This document shows positions 63,030 to 64,000 of a DNA stretch of 64,000 bases, piece by piece. Source of the stretch: an uncultured delta proteobacterium (lineage in GTDB: Bacteria; Desulfobacterota; RBG-13-43-22); assembly GCA_963790475.1 (NCBI GenBank), contig CAWBOS010000010.1, positions 640,001 to 704,000 on the forward strand, read 5' to 3'. Both the position numbers and the translations under genes were made by a program. Under the pieces are notes generated by a model. The model did no database searches. It saw only the letters and a program-made list of their open reading frames with translations, and was not told the DNA's origin. The stretch's first letter is position 1; every line of letters begins with the position of its first letter.

Positions 63030-63883
63030 AAGAACCAAAAATAATCATAAAGAAAGTTAAAGGCAAAGGCCATGGGGGCGGTCGCCACGGTGGTGAATGG
63101 AAAGTGGCCTATGCCGATTTTATAACGGCGATGATGGCTTTTTTCCTGCTGATGTGGTTAATCGCCATCCTGGCGCCGGAAAAGAAAAAAACCATGGCCC
63201 AGTATTTTAAGGATGTCAGCATTTTTGAAAATACCGGGGCCGGATTCTTTGAAAAGAAAATCGGGATTATGGGAGAGGCCGGGACCCTTAAAACAAAGGG
63301 GAGACAAGGTGATTTTATTCAACCCGGCCGGGAGGAATTCCTGGACAAATTAAAAAAAGATATTGAAACCAAACTGGCCGAAGTCAAAGATCAGGTTTTG
63401 CTCGAGGTCTTTGAGGGTGGGGTTCGGATTCAGATGGTTGATAAAGAGGGCAACCCCATGTTTGCCCTCGGAAGTCCTACGCTTACGGATTCCGCTAAAA
63501 AGATTATTAAGGTCATCGGCTCCAATATAAAAGAATTGGGCAACGATGTGGCCATTGAAGGCCATACGGATGCCCTGAGTTACTCTTCAAATCGATATAC
63601 CAACTGGGAGCTATCAACCGAGCGGGCCTCAGCGGCCAGGAAAGAACTGGAGTCCGAAGGGCTAAATCCTAACCGGCTGACCCGAGTTGCTGGGTATGCC
63701 GCCAAAATACCGCTGATTATCGGTAATCCCAATGACTCGAGGAATCGAAGGATCTCCATTGTTTTGCTGTTTAATTCCAACTGCAAGGCCCAAATTGTCT
63801 CTCCTGCGAGCAGTATCCCTTCCCAACTGACCGGTGACCATCAAAAAAATAAGCCTATCGATCCCTCGGTGCCCTCCTCCTGA
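63026..63883 (+). CDS. motB: Stator B subunit, E. coli-type MotB (copy 2)
   Basis: HGGEWKVAYADFITAMMAFFL; GHTD, NWELS, NRRISI. Confidence 0.95.
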   Translation: MKEPKIIIKKVKGKGHGGGRHGGEWKVAYADFITAMMAFFLLMWLIAILAPEKKKTMAQYFKDVSIFENTGAGFFEKKIGIMGEAGTLKTKGRQGDFIQPGREEFLDKLKKDIETKLAEVKDQVLLEVFEGGVRIQMVDKEGNPMFALGSPTLTDSAKKIIKVIGSNIKELGNDVAIEGHTDALSYSSNRYTNWELSTERASAARKELESEGLNPNRLTRVAGYAAKIPLIIGNPNDSRNRRISIVLLFNSNCKAQIVSPASSIPSQLTGDHQKNKPIDPSVPSS

Positions 63884-64000
63884 AACGATATCCGGGATTT
63901 CCATTTTATATTAGATAGTTTTAAAAAATTCCCAGGCTTATTCTCTTATCACTACTCGGTTTATCGCTGATCAATCTTCGATTATATAATAGCGGGTATT

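Overview
Bacterial chromosome window that looks deltaproteobacterial (Desulfobacterota-like; inferred from gene content, not tested). (1) 1-4293 is the right end of an element integrated in a tRNA-Val(GAC) gene. It carries an Xis-like HTH gene, a 301-aa hypothetical, a ParA fragment, a trypsin-TPR protease and a TPR-like/Mrr-type nuclease, and ends in the displaced 3' tRNA fragment and its terminator. (2) 4550-6994 is a cyclophilin-typA operon preceded by a promoter-driven, about 110-nt, strongly structured and possibly pseudoknotted RNA that I cannot assign to a known family. (3) 7.2-63.9 kb is a near-complete flagellar/chemotaxis super-cluster. It has two stator pairs, a CheA with an MshEN-like motif, two sigma54 activators, FliA/FlgM, FlbT/FlaF and a sigma28-driven REC / HD-GYP / PilZ / pseudo-kinase / motAB module. 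No flagellin, fliD, fliS or MCP gene is in the window. Sigma54 and sigma28 promoters and two classes of candidate activator boxes can be read from the sequence. Several small accessory genes are broken by an IS insertion, deletions or frameshifts. All calls are by eye; no database searches were run.
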